A DNA stretch of 64,000 nt from Eledone cirrhosa (Eukaryota). Below the pieces are notes generated by a model. The model had not been told where the DNA came from and did not search any database. It worked only from the letters and a program-made list of their open reading frames with translations. The stretch spans positions 42,408,001 through 42,472,000 of the forward strand of contig OZ024751.1 in assembly GCA_964016885.1 (NCBI GenBank), in the 5' to 3' direction. Below are positions 14,775 through 26,654 of this stretch, piece after piece. Both the position numbers and the translations under genes were made by a program. The stretch's first letter is position 1. Each line of letters starts with the position of its first letter.

Positions 14775-15080
14775 GAATATGGCGTAGGACAGAACAAAGG
14801 AGAGGCACAAAAACAAAGAAAAGAATCCCCAGTCACTGAAGAGGTTAAAGAATGTGTGACGAAAGAACTTTGACAATATATGAACAACCGTCCCTTTATG
14901 GAACCAACCAACCGGAAATTTATAAATTCTTAAATTTATAAATTTAATGTATAATAAATTGGAATGAAAGCAACTGGTGCATGTGTTTCTTATTGGCAAC
15001 ATGACCCTCCCAAAGTATAACAATATCGGTTTCAACACACGTTTTCAGATAAAGAATCTTGCTAACAAATTCAGGAATGA
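14774..15080 (+). mobile_element. PLE-type element family I with hammerhead at 14832-14874
   Basis: gtca-CTGAAGA-stem II-GAAA-gaac-TT-tgac; related copies at 27131, 19008 and about 40640. Confidence 0.75.
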
Positions 15081-15088
15081 TATATATA

Positions 15089-15435
15089 TATTTATTAAAA
15101 TAATAGATTAAAATTTAAGCAAAGAATCGCTCCAAATAATGACGTATTATATTCGTTTTTTCCCGTTCTTTGCCAGGGAATGTTTCCACGAACCAAAGTA
15201 TCGTCTTCCTGTCTTCCTCTGGTTGCAACGTTTTTTGAAATATTCACTTCTGCGTTCACAGATTGACTTTGTTAGTTTCAGAAGATCCCGTTAAGGGTGA
15301 AAGCAGCGATTCTTTGCTTAAACTTTAATCTGTTATTTTAATAAATATTTGCTCTACGGTTCTTATATATTTGATATATATTTATCCTTATCGAGCCCTC
15401 TTTGGATTTTAGTCTTCAAATTTATTATTATTACT
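15089..15435. mobile_element. PLE-type element family F: short inverted 3' arm, body, variant hammerhead (15274-15324), tail
   Basis: 15089-15131 is the reverse complement of 15305-15347; agttt-CAGAAGA-tcccgttaagggt-GAAA-gca...tgc-TT-aaact. Confidence 0.8.
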
Positions 15436-15451
15436 ATATATATATATATAC

Positions 15452-15503
<52 letters not shown>

Positions 15504-15623
15504 GAATGTATACATATATATATATGCATATATATATATATATGAACGAATGTAAACATATATATATGCATATATACATATATATATATATATGTACGAA
15601 TGTATACATAAATATATGCATAT

Positions 15624-15680
<57 letters not shown>

Positions 15681-15683
<3 letters not shown>

Positions 15684-15874
15684 CGGAGGTGTGGTAAGGA
15701 ACCAGATGGACCATAACGCACCAGAGTACTGAATACTTAAGGTACTAAAGTGAGTAATAGGAAAATGTAGTATGACCCCGACGGCAGAGCTCAAGCCGTT
15801 TCAACGGCTATTTCGTCCAGAAATAGCCGTTGAAACGGCTTTAGCTCTGCCGTCGGGGTCATACATTTTCCTAT
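15681..15874. mobile_element. Fold-back PLE-type element, family A
   Basis: Same layout as the 2157 and 7113 copies, with variants. Confidence 0.85.
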
Positions 15875-15940
15875 ATATATGTATGTATGTATACATATAT
15901 ATATATATATGTATGTATACATATATATATGTATGTATAC

Positions 15941-15972
<32 letters not shown>

Positions 15973-16017
15973 GTACACATATATATATACATATGTGTGT
16001 ATATATATATATATATA

Positions 16018-16194
16018 TAGGAAAAAGTATGACCCCGACGGCAGAGCTCAAGCTGTTTCGACGGCTATTTCTGTCGAAATGGCTTGAGCTCTGCCGTCGA
16101 GGTCATACTTTTTACTATTTCCCACTCTACTACCCTAAGTATTGAGTACTCTGGTGCGTTATGGTCCATTTGGTTCCTTACCACAATTCCTTTG

Positions 16195-16197
<3 letters not shown>
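16018..16197. mobile_element. Fold-back PLE-type element, family A, opposite orientation
   Basis: Tail on the right (ccactctactaccctaagtattgagtact...); centre partly deleted. Confidence 0.85.
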
Positions 16198-16239
<42 letters not shown>

Positions 16240-16246
<7 letters not shown>

Positions 16247-16654
16247 AGATCAAAAGATGGTTAAAGGAGTTCCATATATTTTATTATGCGCATTTCAAAA
16301 ACAAACATCATCAAACAATAATATTTGCGTTTTCATCAGATAAAACAGGAGAACATGATATGAAGGCTAAAAAAACACTTGTTGATAGTGCAGTTTTAAA
16401 TCAACATATGTATCAACTGCACTATCAACAAGTGTTTTTTTAGCCTTCATATCATGTTCTCCTGTTTTATCTGATGAAAACGCAAATATTATTGTTTGAT
16501 GATGTTTGTTTTTGAAATGCGCATAATAAAATATATGGAACTCCTTTAACCATCTTTTGATCTTATATTATGCATACTCCAGTCCCACAAACTGTAGAGT
16601 GCTTCTTATCCGATATCTGCATTGCTTTATTGTACTACAATAAAACTCACCTCC

Positions 16655-16657
<3 letters not shown>
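16240..16657. mobile_element. Fold-back PLE-type element, family C; hammerheads 16465-16531 (+) and 16279-16345 (-)
   Basis: About 160-bp arms; opposite orientation to the 14307 copy. Confidence 0.92.
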
Positions 16658-16710
<53 letters not shown>

Positions 16711-16711
16711 T

Positions 16712-16857
16712 ACGTAGGTCCCGGGTTGAGTCGGGGATAACCACAGTAAGTAAGGTACTCAATACATGGCAGAGTAAAATTTTTATTAAAATATCACATT
16801 CCTGAAGATTTCATCTGAATGAAACAGTACTAGTCCTGTAGAAGCTCCTTCTATAAA

Positions 16858-16859
<2 letters not shown>
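16712..16859. mobile_element. PLE-type element family D with hammerhead 16799-16843
   Basis: Same as the 9064 copy but with a different inversion junction. Confidence 0.82.
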
Positions 16860-16924
<65 letters not shown>

Positions 16925-16948
16925 TGTATATGAATAATGAATATGAAT

Positions 16949-17001
<53 letters not shown>

Positions 17002-17024
17002 GTATATGAATAATGAATATGAAT

Positions 17025-17062
<38 letters not shown>

Positions 17063-17419
17063 GGGTTTCAAAATTAGGTTGTGTCAGTTACAAGGATAAA
17101 ATCAATAAAAAGCAACACATGGGACATATAAAAGGCACGGAAAACTTAGTAAAAGACGGACACATGGACGATTCCAGCTCAACCGGTGTCTTCCGGGATT
17201 CATCAAACTTTCAGATGCTTTCATGACACAAATATATACATATTCCGAGTGAGAGAAGCTATGTTAGGGAGGTCAGAGAAGAAGAAAGGGTAAAGATAGT
17301 ATTGAGTGGGGGTGGGGGGGGGGGCAGTAAGAGAAGAAGAGTGAGGTTGGTGAGAGAAGGAGGAGGAGGGCAGCAGTAAGATTTCTTCTGTTTTTTAATT
17401 TTTTTGTCTCCATATTTGA

Positions 17420-17461
17420 GGAGGAGAGAGACAGAGAGAGAAGGAGAGAGAGAGAGAGAGA

Positions 17462-17506
<45 letters not shown>

Positions 17507-17548
17507 AAACTGAATGATGGTTATATGGGTGACTAAATAGCTATCAAT

Positions 17549-17591
<43 letters not shown>

Positions 17592-18060
17592 GTGAGCGAG
17601 AGTAAGAGTTCAAAGGAGAGATATAGATAGGTAGTGAGAGAGTGAGAGTTTGAAGGAGAGATAGATAGAGATAGAGAGAGTGAGAGTTCGTAGGAGAGAT
17701 AGAGAGAGAGAGAGTGTATGAGAGAGAATGACAGTGAGAGAGAGAGAGAGTGAGAGTTCAAAGGAGAGATAGATAGATAGAAAGAGAGAGACAGAAGGTG
17801 AGAGAGAGTGACAGTGAGAGAGAGAGAGAGTTTGTGTGAGAGAGAGTGAGAGTGAGAGAGAGGGAGAGTGTGTGTGAGTCAGAGTGAGAGAGAGAGAGAG
17901 AGAGAGAGAGTTTGTGTGAGAGAGAGTGACAGTGAGAGAGAGAGAGAGAGAGTTTGTGTGAGAGAGAGTGTGTGTGTGAGAGAGAATGAGAGTTCGGAGG
18001 AGAGATAGATAGATAGATAGATAAATATAAAGAAGGTGAGAGAGAGAGAGAGAGAGAGGA
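17420..18060. repeat. (GA)n-rich tract
   Basis: Direct reading. Confidence 0.95.
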
Positions 18061-18965
18061 ACACTGTATATACTATATGTGAGGGAGTAAATGAGAAATG
18101 AGGCAAAAGAAATGTTTTATTACCAATTGACGTAGTGATTTTTAAAGAGATGTGGAGAGACAAAATAAATACTTCAAAGGTTAACTAATTAGTATGTTTT
18201 GTTAATTAGATTGTTGATGATGTAACAACAGAATATTCACCAATATGCTATTATTTATTATCGGTTCATACCATGGTTGTCATAACAATACTTTGTTTTA
18301 CGCTGGTCTGGTCTTTATTAAAATATCACATTATTAATTTTAGCTTGTTTTATTTTTAATTTGGTTTTCCTCGTTAGTTTTATTTGTTTCCCTTAATTTA
18401 ATTTTATTTTAAATTTTTTTAATTTTTTTAATTTTTCTAATTTTTTTAATTTTTCTTTATTTTTTAATTTTATTTTATTTAAAAAATTTTTTTTAAATTT
18501 AAAAAGAATTTTTAAATTTTATTTTATAATTTTTTATTTTATTTTACTTTTTTTTTAGATTATTTTCTTTTCATGTTTCCACTATTGATATTTTTTGCCA
18601 TTAAAACTCAGTCATGTCATTTTAACCCCCACCAAAACAGATTTCTTTATATACATTAGTTATCTTAACTCAATGTCCTGGACCAGATAAAACTACATTA
18701 ACAAGACATTCTTGAAAAATACAAAACAACACTACGATCGGTCCTCGAGTAAAAATACTATAAACATTTGAATTAACAAACCACACAAAACCACATTAAC
18801 AAGACATTCTTGAAAAGTACAAAACAAAATCATGGCTACACCACATCTTTACTGAAATACTGCAAATTTTCACAATGATCTGTCCACTAGTAAAATTACT
18901 CCCTTGAAACATGTTTAAGGAAATAAATATGGTTAATTTTTCCTTTGATATACTTGTTTATAGAT

Positions 18966-18996
<31 letters not shown>

Positions 18997-19230
18997 CATA
19001 TATATATATTGTTATACTTGGGGAGGGTCATATTGTTGTAATTTTGCCAGAAATAATAACAGAACACACTCACTGTGTTATAACAATATTTAACAATATT
19101 TGTTTCGACACACGATTTCATATAAAAAAACTTGCAAAACTAATTCATCACCGTCTTATATATATATATATAAATATCCAACCCTTGCTAGCAGAGAAAG
19201 CGGACACTAAAATGACAATGATGATAATCA

Positions 19231-19275
<45 letters not shown>

Positions 19276-19276
<1 letters not shown>

Positions 19277-19446
19277 TTGCCTTAAAACCTGGAGCAAAAC
19301 CCAATGAAAGACGGACCCCTGATGATTTCTTTTGAATGAAACAGTTCTAGTCCTGTAGAAGTCATTTCTATATTAAATATTTATACTCTGCTATGTATTG
19401 AGTACCTTACTTACTGTGGTTACCCCCGATTGAACCCCGGATAAAC
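19276..19446 (+). mobile_element. Colinear (non-inverted) family D relative with hammerhead 19313-19363
   Basis: CTGATGA-tttcttttgaat-GAAA-cagttctagtcctg-TA-gaag, then ACTC...TTGAGT tail. Confidence 0.75.
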
Positions 19447-19466
19447 ATATATATATATATATATAT

Positions 19467-19871
19467 ATCACAGAAAAAAGAGAATCAGTGTTGCGACGAA
19501 AGGAAGTTTCTCGGGCGACCATCTTGAGGCAAGATCGATGTGGTGATCAAACCTGACTCTGAAATTGCGTGGTTCTCGGATACGTGTCGATTCTATGAAG
19601 CAGATTTTGCTATTGTCCTTTAACATGTTAAAGGACAATAGCAAAATATGCTTCGTAGAATCGACACGTATCCGAGGACCACGCAATTTCAGAGTCAGGT
19701 TTGATCACCACATCGATCTTGCCTCAAGATGGTTGCCTGAGAAACAATTGTAATATGTCCAATAAATTCCTTTTGTAGCAACACTGATTCTCTTTTTTCT
19801 GTGATATCATACTCTGCTCTATGAGTGCTCATATGGCCTACCACATACGGACACTTTAAGCATCCAACACC

Positions 19872-19875
<4 letters not shown>
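19467..19875. mobile_element. Fold-back PLE-type element, family E (centre taaca|tgtta at 19625/19626)
   Basis: Long inverted arms with few mismatches, 70-bp tail; GAAA-CAATTG-TA hammerhead 3' half at about 19741-19752. Confidence 0.88.
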
Positions 19876-19954
<79 letters not shown>

Positions 19955-20071
19955 TATATTTATATATATACATATATAAATATATATATATATATAAATA
20001 TATATATATATAAATATATATAAATATATATATGAAATATAAGAATCAAAGAACTGTTCAAAACATTATTG

Positions 20072-20118
20072 TGCTTACAGCTGTTTCCTCCAAACCGAGG
20101 TTTGGATTCTTCGGAGCA
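20072..20118 (-). ncRNA. Type I hammerhead, core variant CCGAAGA (second copy about 22698-22744 on +)
   Basis: tgct-CCGAAGA-a-tccaaac-ctcg-gtttgga-g-GAAA-CAGCTG-TA-agca. Confidence 0.78.
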
Positions 20119-21564
20119 ATTTATTAATGCATGGACAGTTATATGACCTCCTTTTCAGCCGAGAGACATACCAATACAAATTCAAACATTGATACATATT
20201 CAAACATTGTGGGTCAACATTCATTACAGAATTTAGAGTGGCAGTACACACTTCGAGATTACATTTATATTAATAGGTACAATCAAAAATCAAAAATATA
20301 GGTTAAAATACAACATGAAGATAAGTGGTTATATAGTGCAAATGTTATATGTGTGGCACGCATGTGCGTCTTGTTTATATAGTGTGGCAGAGAGATATGT
20401 GTGGTAGAGGCACTTAGGTAGGTAAATAAGAGTGTTAGGTTGGTAGATCTGGTGGCAAATTCTTTATATGATTGATATAGTCTGTGTGTGGAGAAATATT
20501 ATAAGCATTAAAGATAGTGCAAGCATTAAGAGTGTTATAAGTAATGGAGATGCACAGCGCAGGGATGTCAAGTATTTCATGTACTTCGGCATTTTCATGG
20601 TCAGGGGAGTGTATTTTTCGATTATATGCCCTTCACATAATCCACGACAATCCAGTTAGAGATCGTAGTCTGGTGTTCTTTAGTTCGATACAGGAGGTTG
20701 TTACGTTTCTAGAAACACCATTGAATACCGCCCGGAAGTGTGTGTGTGTGGCAAAGGGGAGTTAATGCATGCGGGGAGGTAACTCTGGGGTTTCTATATC
20801 TAGCCATTAAAATGTGTCCCAATATAGACCCTAAATTCTATGGTGATGCGCATCTTCCAAGAGAGATTTTTAAAGCATAAAGTGTATTAACTATAGAGTA
20901 GTTTAATTAAGTTATGCTGAAGGTGATCATATTATTATGGTGGATTAACCCATCTTAAGGTGCCACAAATGGAAATTATAGATGATGAGCGAGGATTCTA
21001 AATTAATGATCTCTGTGGTTGTAGTCTGCTCATATGACCAGGCGCGGTGATTGCAGGCTTGCTTCAGGACCCAATGATCTCTGGTAAGATCTGGGTCATC
21101 GCTAGCTACATTTGATGTCGAAAGATAATCATCTCCAGGCCGGCCAAAGGTCAATCCGCAGTCCTCGCGACCCCTCTCTGACCATCAGATCATCCATATA
21201 CGTACAACCCGCCCGGCAGTTGCAATGCATTGACTCACTGCGCTCAGCAGTCCGGTCCTACTGGTCAACAGCGCTACTCGATTAAATCATTTTACATCCG
21301 TCTAAGGAAGGTGTTTCCTCTGCACAACACTATCCAACCGATCAATTCATGCTCAAATTACCCTTAGATCGGTGTAGTGCCGTTCAAGTGGGTGGATGTT
21401 GTCACACCTGCCGTAGAGGTATAAATGGGTATTCTCCCTGCGAAGGGTTCCAGAGGGATGTCGTTGTTTGTGTTATAATGGATCAGTTAGTGTTGGGTAT
21501 GTAGTATAAGGTGTGTCTCTGGTGTTTGATGCTAGATGTGGTGTTAGGATCCAGTCCGACCTTG

Positions 21565-22656
21565 CTATATATTGGGCTTAAAGTTTTGGAAGGAATGTCT
21601 GAGGCGGTGCTGGCAAGTTGCAAACACCTCAGATTTTTTGTTAAGTAGGTTACGGTTGGAGAAGATAATATTGTGTGTCTCTAGTATACAGAGGTTACAG
21701 AATTTATTAGGTGGTTTGTACGAGGTCGCGCTGCCTATCACTTCCCATTTGAGTGTGTATGGTTTATTTTTAGATTTTAGATAGTGTATGTAGCTAGAAA
21801 GTGAGGTGGAGTTGGCTAGGCTGTGCTTTTTGAACGAGTGGATGTGCGAATTATATCTGATTTTGAAGCAGTTAGAAGTGGAGCCTACATAGGTTTCTGA
21901 AGAGTTATTAGTCGTGACGGTGCATGAGTATATGACATCCTTGGTTAGGCATTTTTTATCTAAAGGGCAGGTTCTATTAGCTCTACAGTTACAATTATCC
22001 TGTGCGTTAGTCCGCTGGTTATAATGCAATGCGGAAGTCTGAGTGGTAGATATAGGATTTTGGGTGTTCGGGTTGACAACCCTGGTGTTATTACTTATAC
22101 TAGTGTTATTTCTATTGTTACTGCCGTTGCTATGGTTGCTTGCTACAGTGGTATTTAGAGGGTTTGCATCCCGTTGTGATTTTGTTTGTTGGAAGTAAGA
22201 ACTAATTTTACTATTATTGCTGCTAGCTATGTGGTATGCTAAGTTAGGCGTCGTAGAGTATGAGATTTTAATGGTGTTTTTGTTTAAGAGGTTGTGGTAC
22301 TTGTGTCCTAGAGGGAAGTTTTTATCTAGTAGTGAGAAGAAAGCCCTAGGTATGTTGGTGGAGACATTAAGGTTGAAAGGAGGGTTGAAAAATGTATTAT
22401 TTCTTCTTCTATTTTTGCTTTTAGTGTTTGGTGTGTTGCTTCCTCCTAAGGCCCCACAGTAGTTTCCATGGTAATGGTTACTTCTGGTGGCACCCTCCGC
22501 TTTGGTGTACTTGTGGTTGCTATTTCTATTATTAGATTTCCTCATGGACATGTTGTGCGAGATGATGTTGTAGCTATGTGTTTTCTTAGGTAGGAACTCA
22601 ATTTCTATATTATGGCCGGAGCTAGCTAATGCTTGATTGTAATATTGTGAGTTTTT
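21565..22656 (-). CDS. PLE polyprotein C-terminal part: end of RT thumb/linker plus GIY-YIG endonuclease (RT core lost by truncation)
   Basis: FFNPPFNLNVSTNI...NTIKISYS, CNCx5C..C, VIY...YVGST..FKIRY.SH, CNLC..E, LLNKKSE..CQH; the ORF-track Met (22689) lies inside the inverted repeat. Confidence 0.88.
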   Translation of the reverse strand, partial: KNSQYYNQALASSGHNIEIEFLPKKTHSYNIISHNMSMRKSNNRNSNHKYTKAEGATRSNHYHGNYCGALGGSNTPNTKSKNRRRNNTFFNPPFNLNVSTNIPRAFFSLLDKNFPLGHKYHNLLNKNTIKISYSTTPNLAYHIASSNNSKISSYFQQTKSQRDANPLNTTVASNHSNGSNNRNNTSISNNTRVVNPNTQNPISTTQTSALHYNQRTNAQDNCNCRANRTCPLDKKCLTKDVIYSCTVTTNNSSETYVGSTSNCFKIRYNSHIHSFKKHSLANSTSLSSYIHYLKSKNKPYTLKWEVIGSATSYKPPNKFCNLCILETHNIIFSNRNLLNKKSEVFATCQHRLRHSFQNFKPNI

Positions 22657-23000
22657 GCTGAAAAGGAGGTCGTATAACTGTCCATGCATTAATAAATTGC
22701 TCCGAAGAATCCAAACCTCGGTTTGGAGAAAACAGCTGTAAGCACAATAATGTTTTGAACAGTTCTTTGATTCTTATATTTCATATAACTGCTCTGTAAA
22801 TCATCTGATGTTTTTACATTGAGCTACTTAACTTACTGGTAATAAGGTAGTAATACAATACTGCCTACCACTATTTAGGGTGTGTGTAAAATACTTACAA
22901 CTGCTTAAGGTCTTGTATTTACATAACCATAAATAGTATAACTAATACTAAATATATATATATATATTTATATATATATATATATATAAATATATATATA

Positions 23001-24115
23001 TTTTTCCACATTATACATATTGTTAGCACCCCAAACACTTAAATTGGGTTTATATTTAAATATAACCCAATGTTTGTTGAGTGAGATGGATACCAGTCAG
23101 AGTTTAGCTTTAAACTATCTCTGTTATTGTATTAAATATTTACTCTTGATTGGCCAGAGGTGTTTATTTCCAGGTACCTTATGAATTTGACTTTCCGTAT
23201 TTATTACTGTTGTGAAATGTGTTTTTTTTTGGTTGTAACTTCTCTGTTTTTTAGCCGAAGAAAATATATATATGCCTATGTATATAATTACATGCATACA
23301 TTTATTTTCTTTAATTAATTGAGTTCTTTACACGAGGAATTGATATTAGTTTTGAAATGACTAATTAACCCGCGTATGTTTTATATTTTACTCTTAATTC
23401 GGCCGGAGATTTACATTCCCATTTGCCCTTTAAAGCATGACTTTCTGTATTTACTGCGGTTATGAGATGCGGTTCTTATTCGGGTACAACTTCTGATTTT
23501 AGCCTAAGAAAATATCTATATGCGTGTGTAATTTATACACGCATATATTTATTTTTTTTATTTTCAATTGAGTTCTTAACACGTTGGATTGATAATGTTT
23601 TCGAAAAAACTAATTAACTCGCGTGTATATTATTATTTTTTTCCTCCTTTCGTGGATCGTAGTTGTCTCCCCTTCCCGCTTCGTGTCGCTATGATACTTC
23701 CTCAGTCAAGAACTGCTGGAATTTCAAATTTGGCGGTCATTTGATGCGAGAAGGAGCAACTTAACAGACACGATTTTTTACTGCGGTAAGAATTTCTTTC
23801 TTATATCAAGGTTTAATGGGCTTCCACTGATGATTTATAAGCGCCCAGCTAAATATATTCTTATATGAATATATATTAGGCTTCTACATAAACTGGAAAT
23901 ATTCTCCCAACTTGTAGAAAACTTATAATGAAACAATTGTTTGGAAAGAGAGATGTATTTTAACTTTAATTATATCTCATAAAATAATACAACTGGTTTT
24001 TCCACATTATACATATTGTTAGCACCCCAAACACTTAAATTGGGTTTATATTTAAATATAACCTAATGTTTGTTGAGTGAGATGGATACCAGTCAGAGTT
24101 ATCTCTGTTATTGTA

Positions 24116-24119
<4 letters not shown>
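23001..24119 (+). mobile_element. About 1.1-kb non-coding hammerhead element with direct terminal repeats (family H, retrozyme-like)
   Basis: 23001-23136 repeated at 23997-24119; internal diverged ~250-bp duplication; no ORF; TA-flanked. Confidence 0.85.
23822..23946 (+). ncRNA. Type I hammerhead with branched stem II
   Basis: ttcca-CTGATGA-tttataag...cttataat-GAAA-CAATTG-TT-tggaa. Confidence 0.87.
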
Positions 24120-24174
<55 letters not shown>

Positions 24175-24291
24175 AATATATATATATATAAATATATATA
24201 TAAATATATATAAATATATAAATATATATATATATATATATAAATATATATAAATATATAAATATATAAATATATAAATATATATATAAAT

Positions 24292-24324
<33 letters not shown>

Positions 24325-24351
24325 AATATATATAAATATATATATATATTT

Positions 24352-24401
<50 letters not shown>

Positions 24402-24403
<2 letters not shown>

Positions 24404-24760
24404 GGAAAGTTATATTTAAATTGTTGGGTTAACAACCAGTAAATATTTATAACTGATATAAAAGCACTCAACAAGTATTTGGAGTATATTTATGATATTA
24501 AATAAATGGAAACTATATTTATAAAACCATATTTATTTCGTTATATATATTTCAGGGATATCATATTAACAATATGTTATGCCATCTTCAGACAAAATAC
24601 AATATAAACAGTCTTATAAATAAATAGATACGACATACCTTTCAATCACCTTGCATTTGTGAGGTTGATTTGGCAGTAGATGAAGATGGCATAACATATT
24701 GGCAATATAACGAAATAAATATGGTTTTATAAATATAGTTTCCATTTATTTAATATCATA
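24402..24760. mobile_element. Fold-back PLE-type element, family G, degenerate hammerhead
   Basis: Arms 24491-24546 / 24705-24760 plus inner arm caatatgttatgccatcttca / tgaagatggcataacatattg; CTGAAGA on minus. Confidence 0.75.
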
Positions 24761-24785
24761 TATATATATATATATATATATATGT

Positions 24786-25042
24786 GTAGATAAATCTACC
24801 AAGAGTTTACGGTAGTGTCCAATCCGTATGAAGAACTCAATGTATTCCGGATATCATGGAAAGAAGAGATGTAATGAAAAATCACTTTCGGTGAAAGATA
24901 AACGGTATACAGAGTCAAGATAAAATATTAAACAAATAATGAATAAACAATGATACTGTTCCTTATATTAAACAAAAAATTGTTTTTTGTTTAATATAAG
25001 GAACAGTATCATTGTTTATTCATTATTTGTTTAATATTTTAT
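24786..25042. mobile_element. Family B copy with collapsed palindrome (hammerheads absent)
   Basis: Tail near-identical to 6021-6154; arms only about 60 bp. Confidence 0.88.
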
Positions 25043-25356
25043 ATATATATATATATATAGGCTGTTCCTCCTTTTGTATATGTAGTGTATCTAAGAAAGA
25101 CATTGCCAGATTGGCCATAACCAAGGAGTTAAGTAAATTATTTACGATCCCTAAATCTATATCACTGCATCAATTAACAGAGACAACGTAAATATTGATT
25201 TTGATGTAATGTGTATTGATACTTATCTATTTCTATATGGACATACTCAACATGGATGACTAGCTGTGTATGGATGAATGAGGAAATAAGCAAACGAAAT
25301 GGTCTGCTGGTTCCAATGTGATGAATATTCTATATCCTAGTTGTGTGTGTGTAGAA

Positions 25357-25484
<128 letters not shown>

Positions 25485-25561
25485 ATATATATATATGTAT
25501 ATGTATATATATATGTATGTATATATATATATATATATTTATATATGTATATATATGTATG

Positions 25562-25600
<39 letters not shown>

Positions 25601-25648
25601 ATGTGTGTGTGTTTATATGTATGTATATATATATTTATAAATGTGTGT

Positions 25649-25696
<48 letters not shown>

Positions 25697-25700
<4 letters not shown>

Positions 25701-25962
25701 AACACAACGAGGTTGCACATTAGATGAGATTTTGGCTTTGCTTGATTAACAAGCCTAATGAGCAGATTTGGGCAGATATCAGGTCTATAATATGAAGATG
25801 GATCCCGAGCCACTCTTCTGTGAAATAGTTGTAGCTGTGTATAATCAATAAAAACCTCAATGTAAAACCTCATTTTGTTCTTAATATATACACTCTGCCA
25901 TAGCATAGAGTGCTAATACTGATACCAACCTCAGTAAACCACAAGTCTACTGAATCACCCAA
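25697..25962. mobile_element. Degenerate fold-back PLE-type element (family J)
   Basis: aagaacacaacgagg / cctcattttgttctt inverted ends; decayed atgaaga...gaaatagttgta; ACTC-tgc-cata-gca-TA-GAGT-gct tail. Confidence 0.6.
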
Positions 25963-25984
25963 TACATATATATGTGTATGTATT

Positions 25985-26268
25985 GGTGCCACACCATCCA
26001 GGCCGAAACAAATGAGATCGTGTAGGTGTCACGACAAAAAAACACACAGTCCACGCTGTAATGTGGCCGTGTAGGCAACACGGTAAAAACCTCCCAGACC
26101 CACACTGTAAATGTGGTTGGTGTTAGGAAGGGCATCCAACTGTAGAAAACCTGCCAGACAGTCCTATGCGCAAGACAATCACTCTTGCCTCAAGTGGGAC
26201 AACCCCCGTCCAAACCCATGCAAGCGTGGAACACGGACGTTAAACGTTGATGATGATGATGATGATGA
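25985..26268 (+). mobile_element. RTE-tailed non-autonomous element (family S3); further copies 27500-27855, 32555-32910, 45020-45398, 56628-56937, 62505-62890
   Basis: Shared body gtccacgctgtaatgtggccgtgtagg...ggaagggcatcc...ggacgttaaac(gat)n. Confidence 0.85.
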
Positions 26269-26286
26269 TATATATATATATATATA

Positions 26287-26447
26287 TTTATTTATTAAAA
26301 TAAAAGCAAAGAATCGCTGCTTTCACCCTTAACGGGATCTTCTGAAACTAACAAAGTCAATTGCTCTACGGTTCTTATATATTTGATATATATTTATCCT
26401 TATCGAGCCCTCTTTGGATTTTAATCTTCAAATTTATTATTATTACT
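26287..26447. mobile_element. Family F copy: reversed hammerhead joined to forward tail
   Basis: tttcacccttaacgggatcttctgaaact is the reverse complement of 15274-15302; tail matches 15349-15435. Confidence 0.8.
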
Positions 26448-26458
26448 ATATATATCAG

Positions 26459-26650
26459 GGCGGTAGATTGGCAGTATCGGTAGAGGGTCGGACGCCATGC
26501 TTTCCAGCATAGTTACGTCCCTTTACGATCTGAGTTCAAATCCCGCCGAGGTTGACTTTGCCTTTCATCCTTACGGGGTCGATAAAATAAAGTACCAGTA
26601 ATGCACTGGGTAATTGCTGGCCTTGTGCCAAAAGTAGAAACAATTACTAT
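26459..26650 (+). mobile_element. tRNA-derived SINE family S2 (Nin-like core)
   Basis: B box gagttcaaatccc, core gcctttcatccttacggggtcgataaaataaagtaccag; essentially identical copy 51485-51668, also 56343-56523. Confidence 0.85.
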
Positions 26651-26654
26651 ATAT

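Larger units (their letters stand above)
20029..22950 (-). mobile_element. 5'-truncated Penelope-like retroelement with inverted pseudo-LTR
   Basis: Inverted repeats 20029-20159 / 22657-22787, tail to about 22950, GIY-YIG ORF, hammerheads, TA-flanked. Confidence 0.92.

Noticed and set aside
17060-17260. Possible further tail hairpin (ACTC...TTGAGC on minus)
   Set aside because: Inner stem does not pair and no hammerhead or inverted arm was found.
22657-22689. Met start of the 374-aa ORF (MHGQLYDLLFS)
   Set aside because: Lies in the inverted repeat read antisense; a fortuitous in-frame fusion at the truncation junction.
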